64,000 nt of DNA from Macrostomum lignano (GCA_002269645.1 NIVC01000709.1:62001-126000); one strand, 5' to 3'; positions 46,681 to 59,840 are shown, counted from the first letter of the stretch. Made by a program: numbers and translations. Notes: generated from the letters alone by a model not told the origin.

Positions 46681-47779
46681 ATGCCCACTAAGCCAGAGTG
46701 ATGTAGCAGCTTCCTACAACCAACTGCGGTTAGAAAAGCAAATGGGAGGCGCGAGTTAGGCCTGTGCTGCAATACGAGCTAGATAGGCGCAATGAGTCAG
46801 TGTAGCGGAAGATGGGCCCGCGCCGGCCCAAACGAGTGTTATACAAGATGTTAAAATAGGGGGGTTGAGGCTGATAAAAAATGAGGGGTAAAGTAACGCG
46901 ACTGAGGAAAGAGGCAAGTTTGAAGGGCCAATCAGAAGGCACCGAGGGAGAAAGGTAAAAATAATAAGATTCAAGACTGAATCAGACAAAGAGGGAGAAA
47001 ACAGCTGAGTAAGCAAAGACGAATGGCAAATGAACTGAAGACTTGCAGCTGCGACACTCACATGTACATTGAGGGGTGGCCTCACTTCACGGCTTAGCGA
47101 GTGGCCGACTTCGGAACAGTTTTTGCTACTGGCGCCCACCCCAGTTGGGGCACCCAAGCTTTAAAGTAATTAAACTATTTTAAAAATGTTGCATCTCTCT
47201 GCTGATTTCAAGTTCCTCAAATATTGCAATGTGACATATTTAAATCTCCATTGCGATGAAACGTAGAGCCGCCGGTGTTAGGCTTTCTGTTCTCCGGGGT
47301 CTTAATTTATCCGGGGGACATCGCAAAGCAAAATTATTGTCGCTTTGCGATAACCTACCCTGGATAATCCAAGGCACAACAAAATCGGGCTTTGAAATAT
47401 CCTGGGTCTTAAAATGTCTGGGTGAATAAAGATTTGGGTGGCAAGGTGGTCAAGTTATTTACCTGATAAAGCGCATGTGAATGGGGCATGCAGGACATCA
47501 TTTCGAGAGAATGGGGCTGACTCAGAGGCCAGGGAAGGGCCCTGACTGCACCTTAGACAGGGGAGGGGCAGATGAGGTGCAGTCTAAGAATAAATCGATA
47601 ATGGACTGGCGTCACATTGCTAGCACTACAAGCGTACATGCAATGAAGATCAGTGTACGAGCTAATAGCCCACAAAGGAAAGTGTTGCGCAAATTAGAGA
47701 GAGTATATTACACGTAACTTTAAGATATATAGAGTTTATTTCTTATCGAAGTTCTACCTTTAGGAAAATTTATCTCTCG

Positions 47780-49080
47780 ATGGCTAAAGTATCACTGAAC
47801 CAAGTGTTTTTTTATGTTTTGAAAGACGAGTATGTTGAGCTGCCGGAAAATTCCAATACGAAAGAGAGAGATAATCTAAAAAGAAAAATCAGAGAAAAGA
47901 GCAAAACTTCACGATTCATGAAGGCTCGTTTTACTATCAAGTCAAGAACAAAGCGGACAGTCAGAGAAGGAGGTCTGAAGAGAAGCGCAAAGTTCTTTAC
48001 GACATCGCAGAAGTCAAGAGCAAAATGCAAGCTTTGCACATTCAGGGAAGTCACGTAGGTATAAAGAGCACATTGAGCCTCTTTACGTCGAGGTACTTCA
48101 CTGACTTCCCTGTATCGCCAATAGCCAAATCCGTTGTGGAAGCTTGTGCATGTGCAAGTGCGAAGTGGTCAACAAGAAATTTTCAACCAAGCAAAGCGAA
48201 ATTCATCCGATTGAAATACCGGACAATGCGAGCAGGCTTTTTGGGTTTCTCTGTGTCGACTGCATCACGATGCCAACGACCACCGATTCAGGATCCAAGT
48301 ACATTCTGACAGTGTGCTGTAAATTTACGAAGTTTGCTGTATTCCGGCCTCTGTCTAACATCCAAGCTGCATCCATCGCGAAGGAACTGAAGGACCTCTT
48401 TGCACTGTTCGGTTGGCCGCGCATTATCCTCAGCGATCAGGGACGAGAGTTCTGCAACTCAATTATTGACGTCCTTCTAGAATCTGGTGGAACTGAAAGA
48501 CGAGTAACAAGCGCGTATCACCCAGAGACTAACGGACAGACCGAACGCTTGAACCAGACCTGCATCAGTAAGAAAGTGTTGCTCATCAGAGAATCCAACT
48601 GACTGGGACACCAGGCTCAATGAAATTCAACTGGCCTACAATAGCCGACGACATTCAGTCACTGGAATTTCACCATTTCAGGCCGCGTTTGGTTTCGAAC
48701 CTTTGCTAGGCAACCAGGCAGCGGCGCTGCTGCCTACTGCCTCGAAGCCTAAGTTTGCACCTGTAAATCGGGGTTGGATGATCGAGAAGAACAAACAGCG
48801 AGCTGCATCCCAAAAATTCATCGCGCGGAGAATCAAACTGAGCCAGCAGCGAATGAAAAAGCGCCACGCAGCTTTACGAACTCGAGCGGAGGAGTTCAAG
48901 GTTCGAGATCGGGTGAGACTTCGCAACACACGCCGAGACGACAGGAAGGGCGGAAAGCTGCAGAAGACGTGGAGTGAGCGGGTCTACCGCATCATCCAAT
49001 GCCTCGGCAAAAATACTTATCAGCTGGCTGGGTTGTCAAAATGTGTAAACGGAATTGAAAACATCAGAAGAAGGCTGTGG
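47780..49080 (+). pseudogene. Stand-alone Gypsy-type integrase (Ginger1/GIN-like), frameshifted
   Basis: LHIQGSHVG...C..C zinc motif, VDCIT, ILSDQGREFCN, TSAYHPETNGQTERLNQT and RKGGKLQKTW. ATG preceded by a short intron-like segment; no RT or RNase H upstream. TIRs not demonstrable. Confidence 0.7.
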
Positions 49081-49657
49081 CTCATCACGCTTCATTCAGT
49101 GGATCGCCTGTTTTTGATTGATCGAATTACATGTAGATTGGTGAATCAAGTAGCGGTTTTTCGGTTGACAATGTATAGTATCAATAGCTTTAATGTTACT
49201 TCTGTTTGGAGTGTGTGAAATGCAAAATAGTGATTGAAAATATACTCGGTTAAAGAAGCATGACGCAGATGTTTGCCAATTGAAAAAGTAGAAAAAAGTT
49301 TTTTCTACTTTGTGAAAATTGATTTCAAAATTTTGCTATTCCTAACCTCGGATATCAGTAGCCGGATGTCCTAAAGCAAACCTCTGTCTCCGCAGACTGA
49401 CCCCTCTCTTTCAACCTACAGTCGGATGTCCCAAGACAACTTCCCCTTCTTGTGATCTCCGGGCCGGATAGCAGAGTCAGTGCCGTAGGATGTCCAGGAG
49501 AGACATCTCAAAGTACCCGGACAATGCAAAGCAGCTCAAGATATCTGGGAAGGAGAAAACAAAGCAGGTTTTTTGCAGAAAAAGCTTCGTCTTCTTGAGA
49601 AAAGCGCCAGAAAGACAGTAGGAATTAGCACTTTCCTGAGCAAAGATTCTGGACGTC

Positions 49658-49866
49658 CTGCTGTTGAATCCGGCGCCCCTACTGCTGTTGAATCCGGCGC
49701 TCCTGCTGCTGTTGAATCCGGCGCCCCTACTGCTGTTGAATCCGGCGCTCCTGCTGCTGTTGAATCCGGCGCCCCTGCTGCTGTTGAATCCGGCGCTCCT
49801 GCTGCTGTTGAATCCGGCGCCCCTACTGCTGTTGAATCCGGCGCCCCTACTGCTGTTGAATCCGGA
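49658..49866. repeat. 24-bp minisatellite (~8.6 copies), translates as AVESGAP(T/A)
   Basis: Unit gctgttgaatccggcgc(c/t)cct(a/g)ct. Confidence 0.95.
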
Positions 49867-50640
49867 GACTTGCAGGCCCTGTGTCACACCACTACGAACT
49901 CCCGAACAGTCCGCGACTGTGTCGGGCAGCTCAACAGGCTGGCTCGGAGGAACACCGTCTGGCTTACGTGGATCCCAGGACACTCCGGTTTCAAAGGTAA
50001 CGAGCTCGCCGACTCCCTCGCCAAGGCGGGTAGTACCAGCTCACTCCTTGGCCCCGTGCCTCTGGCCCCCATCCCCGCCACGGTCATTAATCGTCAGATC
50101 AACGACTGGGCGGACATCCTGCATTTGCGCAGACAGGATGGCATTTCCAACTGCCGCCAATCCCGTGCGGCAGTGCCCAATCCGTCCCTCAAGCTGCGGA
50201 GAATCCTTTGAACCAAAATCGAAAAGATAACTAGCTATCCGCGCTCTCACATGACCTTCACAGGTCACGGTTGCTTTGCCACGCACTGCTTCCTCCAAAG
50301 TGTTCGCCGGAGCGAACTCTGCCCTTGCTGCAACCTCGGGAACGAAGACGCCAAGCACTTCGTCTGCTACTGCCCGGCCTTCAACCGAGACCGGCTCCAC
50401 TACCTCGGGCCCAACCCGTCCCTGACGATGCTTGCTGGCCCGAAAAAAATCCCACGGCTCATCCGGTTCCTCCGAGCCACCAAACGAGCCTCCGTCTTCC
50501 CCACCGAAGACAATGCTGCAGACAGGACTGGCAGACCTCCCTGACCGGCCCCGCGCCCTAGCTTATGCGAGCCTTCCAGGGATTAGCGGAATGGGCCACG
50601 CTCACCTCGCCCTGCAGCTAAGTCAAGTAAGTCAAGAAGT
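49867..50640 (+). mobile_element. 5'-truncated non-LTR retrotransposon (RNase H-bearing, R1/LOA/I-like)
   Basis: LTWIPGHSGFKGNELADSLAKAG (RNase H C-terminal half), TGHG and CPCCNLGNEDAKHFVCYCP zinc knuckle, 3' tail taagtcaagtaagtcaag. Confidence 0.85.
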
Positions 50641-50879
50641 GCGCTTTTTGGGCCACCGTCTGGGGATGTACGCAACCAGCAGCTCGGCTTCCTAGTGTCA
50701 AAGCCCTTGAGTAGGTACGACCGTCTGTTTGGTGCAAACGGCTATGTCACCTCCCATGCTGCAACAGCGTATCACCAAGATGCTGTGGCACGCGCGGCCA
50801 CCTTCAAGCAGCAAGCAGCGACGGGGTGAAGCAGCTGGACGAAGCGCGGCAACGACAAGCAGCAGAGAATCGAAATCGA

Positions 50880-51050
50880 CTGCGGCCAATCGTGAAGACG
50901 CCGTTGTTGCATTTTTCCCTAACATTTTCGCATTGCTGAAGATTGCTGCAACTTTACCTGTCTTAACTGCAACTGTTGAAAGATCTTTTTCTAGTTTGCG
51001 GCGCTTGAAGTCGTATTTGCGTTCTACCATGCAGCAGGACAGACTTGTCA
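50880..51050 (+). pseudogene. hAT C-terminal dimerisation-domain fragment
   Basis: FPNIFALLKIAATLPVLTATVERSFSSLRRLKSYLRSTMQQDRL. Confidence 0.85.
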
Positions 51051-52251
51051 TGAATGTGTTATTATGACTGTGTGTACTTTGCTACTTTGCTACGCCGGGC
51101 CAGTCGGCCGTCCTCTCCCCCCTCCTTAGATATTTTCTGACTCACCCACCTGCACTTCTGCGCGTGCGTACCCCTCCCCTCCCTGCCTAGACCTTTTCTG
51201 TTGAGTCAACCCCCCATGCTCTGCGTGCGACCCCCCCCCCTGTGCGACCCCGCCCCATTATTTTGTTAGCTTTGCTGCCCCGCCCCTGTTTGTGATTGGC
51301 TGCCAGTCCCAGTCTGCCGTGCTGCGCCCCGGCGATTGGCTGGTACAGCTCATGCGTTGCCTTGGCTGATGTCTAAGCCCCCTTTTCTGCCTTTATCCCG
51401 CGCCCTCAACCCCCAGTTTGCTGCCTATTTATTCAGACCCCCTTGAGACCCCATTCTCGTCGTCTTCGTGGCTCCTCGGCGATTGTGCCAGCGTTGGTTG
51501 CTGAATTGCTATTCCTCGCAGAATTGCTAGACAAATATATAAGTAAATAATATCGAGATCACCACTGCTCTGACGGCGCTGTTTCTTGTACGACTGAAAT
51601 TGCGGCTGGTAAGCCTTCCAATTCGTACGTCATTTGGGTCTGCATCTGTACTAGGCACCTTAGAGGGATTAAGTGCGTCGTACGCCGGTCCCACCCCAAG
51701 CAGCTCTGCGTCGTACGCGAGTCTGTAGGCTGTCGTGCGTCGTACGCTCGAGCAGCCTAGTCCCGACGGACACCGCGTCGTACGCGTGTCAGTGGAGGAC
51801 CGTAGCCAGGGTCAGTACACGAACCCGGGTCTGGGAAAGGGGCACGAAAGGACCGAGCCCTTGAGCCCCATCATCACAGACTTGTCAGCCTGGCTCTGTT
51901 GCACAGCCACCCTGAGGTTGCAGTGAATGCGGATTAAGTGATTGATCGATTTTGCAGAAGTCGTTCACACCGTAAAGACTTTGTTATTTCATTTTTCACC
52001 CTTTCTGCAAGCATCCGTCTTTCTGCTAGTAACAACTATTATGCTCGTAATACGAGCTGCGCGTGGAATTTTTAATTAAGCTTAGTTAACAACTGGTTAA
52101 TAAAGCTTGCATTGCATTTGCATTTGTAAATAAAGCTAACAATTCACATTTTATAGTCAATATGACGATAATATCCATCAAGCTAACATTCAAGCAGTGC
52201 TAAATACATTACTTGAGCATTTGCTGTTTAATACTTTTTCCGACTTGCTAC

Positions 52252-54573
52252 CAAGGACTACTTAAGAACACAGGACGTTACACTTGCAAATATTGGCAGA
52301 ATTCTAAAAGGCCGCTTTGAATGCATGTGTCTATGGTTTTAGTGGCCTTTTTGCTATTTGAAGCAATGTGTATAATACATGAATAGAAATTTTTGCCTAG
52401 TGAATAAAGCTTTTTACATGCATGTATACCGACAAAATATTTATATTTTCTCCAAAGGTGATCGTGAAAAGGGTGTAGAAGTTTAACAAAAAACGAAGAA
52501 ATACCCAAAAATAACAAGAATGACAATATTGAATGATAGGAACTACACTTGGTCAACAATAATAATACTTATTCGCTCATTTCCCGATTCATGGACTTGT
52601 TTAAAATGTAGAAGCAACACGATGATAGCAAAGATGACAGTGAAAATAGTAATAAATTCGTCAAAAAGTTAATCGGAGTTTAATTTTCGTAACCGTCTTG
52701 CACCAACACCGCTTTGATGTCTCTCAGTTTCAGATTCCTTTCTTACTAAACCCTTTTACAAGGAATTTGCAAACCGGCGAGATATTCTTATAAGTAGCTC
52801 GTTGCCAAGTGCAATATCCAAAAAAGAGTCGAAAATTCTCAGAAACACATTAACTGAACTGTTAACGCAACGCTGTCCGGAGCCGAGAAAGAAGACGTAG
52901 CAGAAACTAGCATACACAACAAGCCATTCTGGCGGATGACTCAATTTTCCGCGAGACACCAACTTTGTGAACTCACAGCTGTTGTCTGTAGCATATGCCT
53001 CGGTGCTTTTCCCGGACAAATTTTCCTTGTACGAGACATAACCGCATATATAGTAAATAGAAGCTTTCTCTTCATCAGAGAGTTCAGCGGCAGACTGGTG
53101 AAGCTTGTCAAAGACGTGTAAATCTCTCTCCAAAAGGTCACTTTGGCAACAAAAAGACTGTTTGTGCTCTGGATAGGAAATCTGAAGCTTGGCGTAGAGT
53201 TGCATACGACGGAGACGTGCCGAAGCCAATATTTGATCAACAGAAACGTAATAACACCCGCCGTGACCCTGCCGATAAATGGAGAACTCTCCCTCCAGCC
53301 GATCAGATTGCAATTCCCCTAAAATGGAGAAATTAAGGGCTTACTCAATAAACTCCTACGCAACAGGCAGGAAACATAACTTTGAGAAAGGTATGCCTAT
53401 GAAACACTTACCGAGCAGTACATAAGAGAAATGAAACGTCTCGATGAGATGCTTACTCACGCAAGTGCCTCAATATGAGCGGCTGCAGCTGTGGTTGCAG
53501 GCAGTTGGAAGTTTTTTACTCTGTTGGCAATAGCTTCTAGTTGACTGTACCGCTCAAGTCGCCGTTGAAAACCCAGCATCTCTGCGACGGGAACCATCAC
53601 GTCACGCCGACTGGCAAGGACGGTAAAATCGCTGTTCACGCGAACAGATGACTCAACAATGCGATCATAAATGAAAAGAAAATCTACTCGATGTTCGTGT
53701 CGCTGAACTAACCACCCTCCAGAGGTCACGAAGCCAAGAGTAAGAACAGATACCAGAAACTGGGCCCCGCACAAAATCTTGTCGATGGCATTGAATGCAA
53801 CGATCTCGTCAGCAATAGCTGCTCTATCAGCAAGCAGAACGCCTCGTTGGCTGGCATCCCTTGAGCGCTCTACAATGCAAAATGTTGTTGTGTCATAGGC
53901 AGTCTGGAACATTGAAAAGATAACTCACATTTCAAATGCACTTTTATTAAATACACTTACTGGAAGCAGAAAGCCGTAAGCTACTGGATGGCCAGCCTTG
54001 AAAGACAGATGGAGGGTCGATAGGTCGCATGTGACGCCCGGCTTGCTTCATTCTAGCATCCTCCGGCCAATGCTTGCGGCATACGCCCATGTACGCAGTA
54101 GCCTGCTGTAATACGAATCGAGCGATTTAATTTATGCTTCGAGACGAAATGGGGAATACCAGAATGCATAAAATGTTATCTTACCTTAGTTGCAATGGGA
54201 AAAGCCTTCATCCAGGAGTCAATTTCAGCCTCTTGTTTCGGAAAAGTATATACGGTGCACCTTTTACCGCTTTTGAAGTTGCTTGTGCAGCCTGGAACGC
54301 AACACTTCGTCGGCATCTTGTATAACTCAATTGATAATTTAATTTGAAGAAAGAAATAAAAGATCCAGAGAACACAATAAAGTGAGCTGTTTGCGATCTT
54401 GTCTGCTTGGTGCTCTAACGTAGACTTATGGGTTATGAGTATCATGCTACGCTGCGATGCGAATTACTAAGCAAAAAGGCCACTAAAACCATAGACACAT
54501 GCATTCAAAGCGGCCTTTTAGAATTCTGCCAATATTTGCAAGTGTAACGTCCTGTGTTCTTAAGTAGTCCTTG
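52252..54573 (-). mobile_element. P-element-like (THAP) transposon, internally deleted, 104-bp TIRs
   Basis: TIRs 52252-52355 / 54470-54573 start CAAGG with no mismatch seen; 8-bp TSD CTTGCTAC. THAP exon MPTKCCVPGC...YTFP...W (~54325-54190), a middle exon (~53900-53460) and the C-terminal QSDRLEGEFSIYRQ...YYICGYV (53313-52756). Confidence 0.93.
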
Positions 54574-54603
54574 CTTGCTACACGCCTAGGCCTAGGGCTA
54601 CTT

Positions 54604-55281
54604 TTATTGCAGCTAAATGCACTAACGCAACTATTGCAGCAGAGTTATTGCAGCTAAATGCACTAATGCAGCTATTGCAGCAGAGTTATTGCAGCTAAAT
54701 GCACTAATGCAGCTATTGCAGCAGAGTTATTGCAGCTAAATGCACTAATGCAGCTATTGCAGCAGAGTTATTGCAGTTAAATGCACTAACGCAACTATTG
54801 CAGCAGAGTTATTGCAGCTAAATGCACTAATGCAGCTATTGCAGCAGAGTTATTGCAGCTAAATGCACTAATTCAGCTATTGCAGCAAAGTTATTGCAGC
54901 TAAATGCACTAATTCAGCTATTGCAGCAAAGTTATTGCAGCTAAATGCACTAATTCAACTATTGCAGCAGAGTTATTGCAGCTAAATGCACTAATTCAGC
55001 TATTGCAGCAAAGTTATTGCAGCTAAATGCACTAATTCAGCTATTGCAGCAAAGTTATTGCAGCTAAATGCACTAATTCAACTATTGCAGCAGAGTTATT
55101 GCAGCTAAATGCACTAATTCAGCTATTGCAGCAAAGTTATTGCAGCTAAATGCACTAATGCAGCTATTGCAGCAGAGTTATTGCAGCTAAATGCACTAAC
55201 GCAACTATTGCAGCAGAGTTATTGCAGCTAAATGCACTAATGCAGCTATTGCAGCAAAGTGATTGCAGCTAAATGCACTAA
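54604..55281. repeat. 41-bp tandem satellite (~16.5 copies)
   Basis: Unit ttattgcagctaaatgcactaatgcagctattgcagcagag. Confidence 0.97.
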
Positions 55282-55625
55282 GACTTAAACTACCACACAG
55301 CAAGAAATTTACATTTTGTGTAAAGTCAATTAGCCATTTCATTTACAATGCTTTGCATGTCAATGGGCCGTATGCAGAAAGCTCTGTCTAGGGTAGTCCG
55401 GTCTTGAAAAGCTAGTCTAGACTTGGATTTGGTATGCAGAAACACAAATTTAGACCGGTCTAGCATAGACAAAACTACCCTAGTTCTGTCTATGGTAGTT
55501 TAGTCTTACTTTGGTATGCATAAAAGCTTTGACTAGTTAGTCTGGACTAGACAAAACCTAGCCTGCTCTAGAGCTGTCTTGATAGCTAATTTTGCATTGC
55601 CTTCGCCCTTAGACGATTGAAAGAA

Positions 55626-56400
55626 ATGAATATTTTGGTTGCGATAGATTTAGTTCAGCGAGACCTCCATCGACAACGCATATTTCGTGATCGGTTGGGC
55701 CCACTTCAACAATTCTCGGAGGTTGAAATTAAAAGACTGTTTCGGTTCGAACCTAGATCACTTCTATCACTTGTGGAGCTTGTCGAGACAGATCTCGAAC
55801 GGACGACAATGCGTAACAGAAGCCTGACTCCCATGCTACAGCTGTGCCTGACACTCTTATCTCGGCACTGGAGGCTTTCAGCAGAACCTGTCTGCTCTTG
55901 GAGGTATCGACCAAAGCACCATGTCCCGCTGCTACTGGGGAGTGGTCAGGATACTGAATCTCTGCTTGAATAACATCCGCTATCCAGAGCCAGGTGTTGA
56001 GCGGACGCGAGTGTCAACGGGGTTTAATCAAATTGGTCAACTGGCAGATGTATCGGTGCTATCGACTGTACGCATGTAAGAATTCAAAGGCCATTTAGTG
56101 AGAACTTTCCAGATGAATTCATTAATCGTAAAAACTACCACTCTATTAACGTCCAAGCAGTCTGCGATGCGAGATACTTCTTTCTCGAAATAACTGCTCA
56201 ATGGCCTGGTTCAGTCCATGACTCGAGAATATTTCGCAACAGTTTTCTTTTCAGATCGCTTCTAGACGCCCAATGGGAGGGCTATCTTGTCGGAGATTCT
56301 GGATACCGACTGCGATTTTCTACTCACTCCATATCAAAACTCAGATGACCGGCAGAGAATATTCAATCGCGAACTCAGCCGAGCGAGAGTTCGAATCGAG
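55626..56400 (+). pseudogene. Harbinger/PIF (HARBI1-like) transposase, frameshifted and 3'-truncated
   Basis: RQRIFRDR...LFRF, then across shifts IGAIDCTHVRI, FINRKNYHSINVQAVCDA, WPGSVHDSRIF and GYLVGDSGY. Confidence 0.88.
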
Positions 56401-57213
56401 CAGACATTCGCAGACACTCCTAATAACACGCTGCACTCCTAAAAATCACTCTTAAACGGCAACTCCCTAGCTCCTACTCCTATTCCCCGCTCCTTATTCT
56501 ATAGCATGCGACAAACCTTAATGAGATCTCCTAAATTCACCAAGGAGTTTCCTACGTCCTTAGGAGCCTAGGAGCCTCTTAAAATTTACTTTTGATTCTA
56601 CGAGTATAGCACAGAAAAGCCATCTAGGAGCTCGGATTTAAGATTTAGGACACTCTATCTAAAGGATTTAATGAGGACGCACTTTTTTCCAAATCCCGCG
56701 CTAGCACATGGGCTCTAAACTTTTACTTGCCTACTAACAGTGGGCAATGGGCATTCTTATCCTTTTTCTGCGAATTGTCATAGAATCTATACTAGATATA
56801 ATGTTTGGTCATACTAGTAGTCATAATAACATAGGCGCAGCTTTTTGGGCATAAATCATCGCTTTCGAAGCTGGTCTTACAGCCACCTGCGCCTCACTCA
56901 GTGTTGAGGCGGGCGCCAGATGGTCTGAGGGGATGCGAATGATAGCTTTTTTCTCATCATTTTTGACAGGCCATCAGATTTATGAGGTCAGAGCCTATTG
57001 TTCGTGTTCACTCAAGCGTGTGACAGCTTTGACAGCTATGCGTTTTACCCCTAAAAGTACTTTGGGATTAGCGATTAGCGATTTCTCTTCATTATCTTCA
57101 CCTTCTACTTGATAAGAGCTTTCTAATGTATATTTTTTCATTAATTTTTGTCATTCCTACGCGGAAAGTCATAAATCATTTTGTAGCGATTTTGATTGAT
57201 TTATGGCCGCACC

Positions 57214-58596
57214 TGTCATGTTTTTACGACCCCGAGGGAGCTGATATGATCTCCCGCTCACGTGATTCTGGGTAGCAACAAGCTTAGCCAATCAGAAAAT
57301 TCGGCGCTCATTTTAACAAATCGGCTCAGCCAATCAGAATCGACGTGTTCCATTATAACAAACTGCGGTCCAGTTGGCGGCTATTTAAACCGGTGTTTTT
57401 GGCCCGCTCGGACTGCAACTTTTCTAGCGTCGGGCTGACACGGCTGCACCGGCCAGGAATTGACCGTCGTTTCTTGATCCCCGGATTGCGACTTCCCCCT
57501 ATCATCATCAAGGACGAATCCCACCGGTCATCAGCAGTGAACATCAAAGTGAAGAGCATCACCTGCTAGCTATCAGCGAAGATTGTGACATCAGCATCAT
57601 CCCGGGCCTTCAGCTGCGAAGCACTAAGCCGATTCGGTCGCTGTGGATTACCTGGTCTCCGGCTGTTGAGTTTCTGATTGGTTGGGTGAGAGGCTACCTA
57701 GACTTGCTTGATTGGGTGATTCCCTGTCTGTCCCCTGTTTCAGTAGCTGGAACTTCAGTAGCTAGTGAGAATCACTAGATGGCACACTTTTGCTCATTTT
57801 GTTCAGTAGTGTTGTTGCTGAGGCAGAAATCACTTAATAATACTGCTAGTAGTCTAAAACTCCAATTCAATCTGAAGTGTGAAGTGATCTAAGGAGAAGG
57901 TTAAATCTAACAGTTATTTTTGTCGGTTTTATTTCTTTGTTCGCCGATGGCTCAGATGAGTAGCTAAGCTAGTAGGCGCCGGTCACAGTGGACCAATGGC
58001 AAGGCAGTTCTCAGTCGACCAATCTATCAAATCAGTGAGCAAAACTGCCAGAAGTGCAGAATCGGCGCCAGAGATGTACTTTGTGCACTCTAGGGTGGCC
58101 AAGCGGCTCGGGTAAATGAATCATGCGGTCTCTGAAGTTCGAGTTAGTCTATCATCAGCGCTATGAGAGGCTAGTTGGCGCGTTGAAGGCCAAAAGTACA
58201 TATCTTCGTATTTAGCAATGTAATAGTACATGTAGCTACCCCATGGACTCGCCACCGCAAGAATCCCCTGCACAAGTCCCCTCTGTACCTGCATGGCCAA
58301 TGCGATCTAGTCCCAGCAGTGTCCCTTATCATCGGCTATGACTTCAAGATTGACAGCAAAAAGACACTAGTTGGCAGGTAAGTGCAAAGCCCCTTCTAGT
58401 CGGAAGCCCGATTTCGAGGGTCCCGGTGTGGTGAGCCAGGACGTACGGGCTGGTGGCAGCGAGTTAGCTAACCTGCTGGTTAACTAATTTCTACCTTAAA
58501 AATTCTCCCTGCTTGTCTCTCGCTGTCCCTCTCTTAGCTATAGGACCTAGACTGCTCGCCACACGATCAAGCTACCATGGGGCTGACCATCTGACA
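57214..58596 (+). mobile_element. Possible solo LTR
   Basis: TGTCA...TGACA termini, two AGCCAATCAG boxes and a ctatttaaa TATA-like motif near the 5' end; no TSD. Confidence 0.35.
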
Positions 58597-59259
58597 GGAG
58601 TGGGGGGCCAGGACTCTAATTGATTTATTTCTGAGACCTGAGGCCCGAAGGCTTCCCCACAAGGGGGCCGGAAGGTCGAAACCCATCAGATTTAGGAGTT
58701 AAGAGTATTTTATAGCACAGGCCCCTGCACCCCCGTGGAGAGGCTACGTTTAGCCATGACAGTTTCGTGAGAAATTCCAACCCCTGTCCTCTGTATAGGC
58801 AACGCTGTGGCAGTTTAACAGTGAATGGCAAATCAAGGCAATGCAGCATGGTTAATAAAACTAAAAGTGAAGTTTATGAAAAAGCGATCATTACAATACA
58901 ATCCAACTAAATTAGTTACACCATGGAAATTTCAACACTAAGTTTCACTTATAAAGGTACTTCCTCCAAAGAAATGCGTGTTTCCTTGGTTGGTAGACTG
59001 CTGCAGACTGCAGTGGATCTGGAGATACACAAATTCCTCCAGGGAATTTCCTCCCAGACAATTAGGAAAGTGTTGGGTGTGGCCATAGACGACTCAGTCG
59101 CACACACACCCAGCCATAAGCTAAAGAAGCAATGCTTCAAGCTTGGAACTAATAAAAGAAAAGTTTAGATAACATGAAATAAGACGCTATGCTGAGAGTG
59201 CAACTTTTAAGTTGACCTTGTTGATCTTGACTCACTGTCTTCCGCTAGAGAAGAAGTCA

Positions 59260-59840
59260 TAACAGAAAGAAAGGAGAGGCGAGAGGGGGATAAGAGAAAA
59301 GATAGAAGATAAGAAAGAGGAGAGACGAGGGGGTGAGGAGAGAGAAGGCGGAGAAAAGGGGAGGGAGAAGTGAGAGGAGAAGGGAGAGAAGTGGAGAGAG
59401 GAGGGAGAGAGTAAAGAGGAGAGAAGAGGGGGTAAAATGGGATAGAAAAGGGGAGAGATAAGAGATAGAAAGAAGAGAGAAGAGAGAAAAGATGAAAGAG
59501 CAGAGAGGGAAGAGGAGAGAGTAATAGTGATAAGAGAGTGGCGATGAGCGAGCAGAGGAGAGAGAGGAGAGATGATGAGACAGGGGGGAAGAGAGAGGAG
59601 AGAGGAGAGGAGTCAGAAGAGGGGAAAGAGAAGAGTACAGAGGAGAGAGGTGAGAGAAAAGATGAGAGAGTAAAGATGACAGAGAGAGAACAGAGGGGAG
59701 AGAGAAGAGATTACAGAGACAAGAGGAGAGAGGAGAGAGAAAAGAGAGGGGAGAAGAGAGAAGAGAGAAGAGAAGAGAGAGAAGACGAGATGATAGATGA
59801 GATTAAAAAGAAAGGAAAGAGGAAAGAGAAGAGAGGAGTG
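59260..59840 (+). repeat. GA-rich low-complexity tract
   Basis: Purine-rich degenerate array adjoining the PLE terminal motif; mirrors the CT tract at 4790-5290. Confidence 0.9.

Noticed and set aside
46756-47157. 133-aa minus-strand ORF
   Set aside because: No recognisable domain or splice context; lies between transposon remnants.
56890-56925. cgcctca...tgaggcg hairpin as a Helitron 3' end or small RNA
   Set aside because: No CTRR terminus at the expected distance and no other supporting features.
58628-58690. Multi-hairpin segment ctgagacc...ggtcgaaac as a hammerhead
   Set aside because: The core lacks CUGANGA spacing and there is no stem I/III pairing.
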